A program made the position numbers and the translations under genes. DNA of 45,932 nucleotides, taken from IMG/VR virus record IMGVR_UViG_3300038829_000042, positions 1 to 45,932 of that record, one strand, 5' to 3'. Within the stretch, counting starts at the first letter, position 1, and each line of letters begins with the position of its first letter. The DNA comes from a virus (Duplodnaviria > Caudoviricetes). The notes beneath the pieces are model-generated. The model did no database searches, had not been told where the DNA came from, and worked only from the letters and a program-made list of their open reading frames with translations. Of the stretch, positions 45,249 through 45,932 are shown one piece after another.

Positions 45249-45494
45249 ATGACGCGCTTAACCTGGGTTGAATGCCTCATCTTGCTGTCGTTCTGGATCG
45301 GTGGCTTATCGGCCTTTCTGATCGGTGGGAAGGTGGCCGTGGGGTACGTGCTGCAAGGGTTGCTAGTGGTGGTGCTCTGGTGGGTGGTGCGGGATCTGTG
45401 GCGGGAATATCACGAGACGGTGAAGATGGAATACTGCCGTGAGCAGATCTTTCGGAGCTGGCGTGAGAACTCACGCCGAAAGGGGATGGAGTGA
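45249..45494 (+). CDS. membrane protein (2 TM)
   Basis: Two hydrophobic segments and a charged tail. Confidence 0.55.
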   Translation: MTRLTWVECLILLSFWIGGLSAFLIGGKVAVGYVLQGLLVVVLWWVVRDLWREYHETVKMEYCREQIFRSWRENSRRKGME

Positions 45495-45525
45495 TGGGGG
45501 TTTCTAACAACACATGGAGGACGCG

Positions 45526-45816
45526 ATGGAAAAGGGTGACTACATCATTTGCAGGACGTATTCGGCTGGGGTATTTGCAGGAACGTTGGTATCTCGAAAA
45601 GGCAAAGAGGTTGAAATGAGTAACGCAAGGCGGCTGTGGTACTGGGACGGCGCGGCATCGCTCTCGCAGCTCTCGCAAGATGGAGTGAAGAAACCGGAAA
45701 ATTGCAAGTTTCCATGTGAAGTTTCAAGCGTTGTACTGACTGAGGCGATTGAACTACTGCCAGTGACTAAAGAGGCGATGGCCTCAATCAAACAGGTGCC
45801 AGTATGGGCGCGATAG
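45526..45816 (+). CDS. DUF6948-like (Sm-fold-like) phage protein
   Basis: IICRTYSAGVFAGTL...NARRLWYWDGAASLSQL...EAIELLP; SD GGAGG before ATG 45526. Confidence 0.75.
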   Translation: MEKGDYIICRTYSAGVFAGTLVSRKGKEVEMSNARRLWYWDGAASLSQLSQDGVKKPENCKFPCEVSSVVLTEAIELLPVTKEAMASIKQVPVWAR

Positions 45817-45932
45817 GGTCCGGGTCCGGGTCCGGGTACGGGTCCGTGAACGGGTCCGGGTCCGGGGCCGGGTACGGGGCCGGGGACGGGGACGGTTCCG
45901 GGTCCGGGTACGGGTCCGGGGACGGGTACGGG
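45804..45932 (+). CDS. N-terminal part of (Gly-X)n peptide (open at contig end)
   Basis: ATG 45804 overlapping the DUF6948-like stop; MGAIGSGSGSGYGSVNGSGSGAGYGAGDGDGSGSGYGSGDGYG. Confidence 0.7.
   Translation, partial: MGAIGSGSGSGYGSVNGSGSGAGYGAGDGDGSGSGYGSGDGYG
45816..45932 (+). repeat. GGG-NNN hexamer repeat; contig junction (last 9 nt GGGTACGGG equal first 9 nt)
   Basis: Direct inspection of both ends. Confidence 0.85.

Noticed and set aside
45816-45932. CRISPR array or phage terminal direct repeats
   Set aside because: Hexamer low-complexity coding repeat without spacers; only 9 nt are identical between the ends, consistent with an assembly break

Overview
This window is a near-complete, circularly permuted ~46-kb podovirus-type phage genome of a Gram-negative host. 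Its morphogenesis module follows the Bordetella phage BPP-1 / T7-like layout: terminase, portal, Bbp19-like protein, scaffold, major capsid, Bbp16-like cement, tail tube A and B, three ejection proteins and a tail fibre. Both ends lie in one GGG-NNN repeat encoding a (Gly-X)n peptide and share a 9-nt overlap, so the contig probably closes there. The early region encodes a PD-(D/E)xK exonuclease, Erf, RusA, a CCA/poly(A)-polymerase-like nucleotidyltransferase, many Zn-binding microproteins, a DUF1376-type initiator and DnaB. No integrase, tRNA, CRISPR array or DGR reverse transcriptase is visible. Main observations: (1) five appendage-like late proteins and the T7-gp17-type tail fibre begin with Sec-type signal peptides, and three have even Cys counts, suggesting export and extracytoplasmic folding or assembly of virion appendages. 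(2) A near-consensus sigma54 promoter with upstream palindromes heads the early operon. (3) An antisense HNH gene sits in the endolysin 3' end, flanked by two synonymously recoded copies of the lysin C-terminus. (4) The 2553-aa ejection protein carries two inserted ADP-ribosyltransferase-like modules, one splitting a metallopeptidase-like domain. (5) An Asp/Asn beta-hydroxylase is fused to a GNAT domain. (6) A PagL-like lipid A deacylase is present. All product calls come from motif recognition by eye, not database searches.
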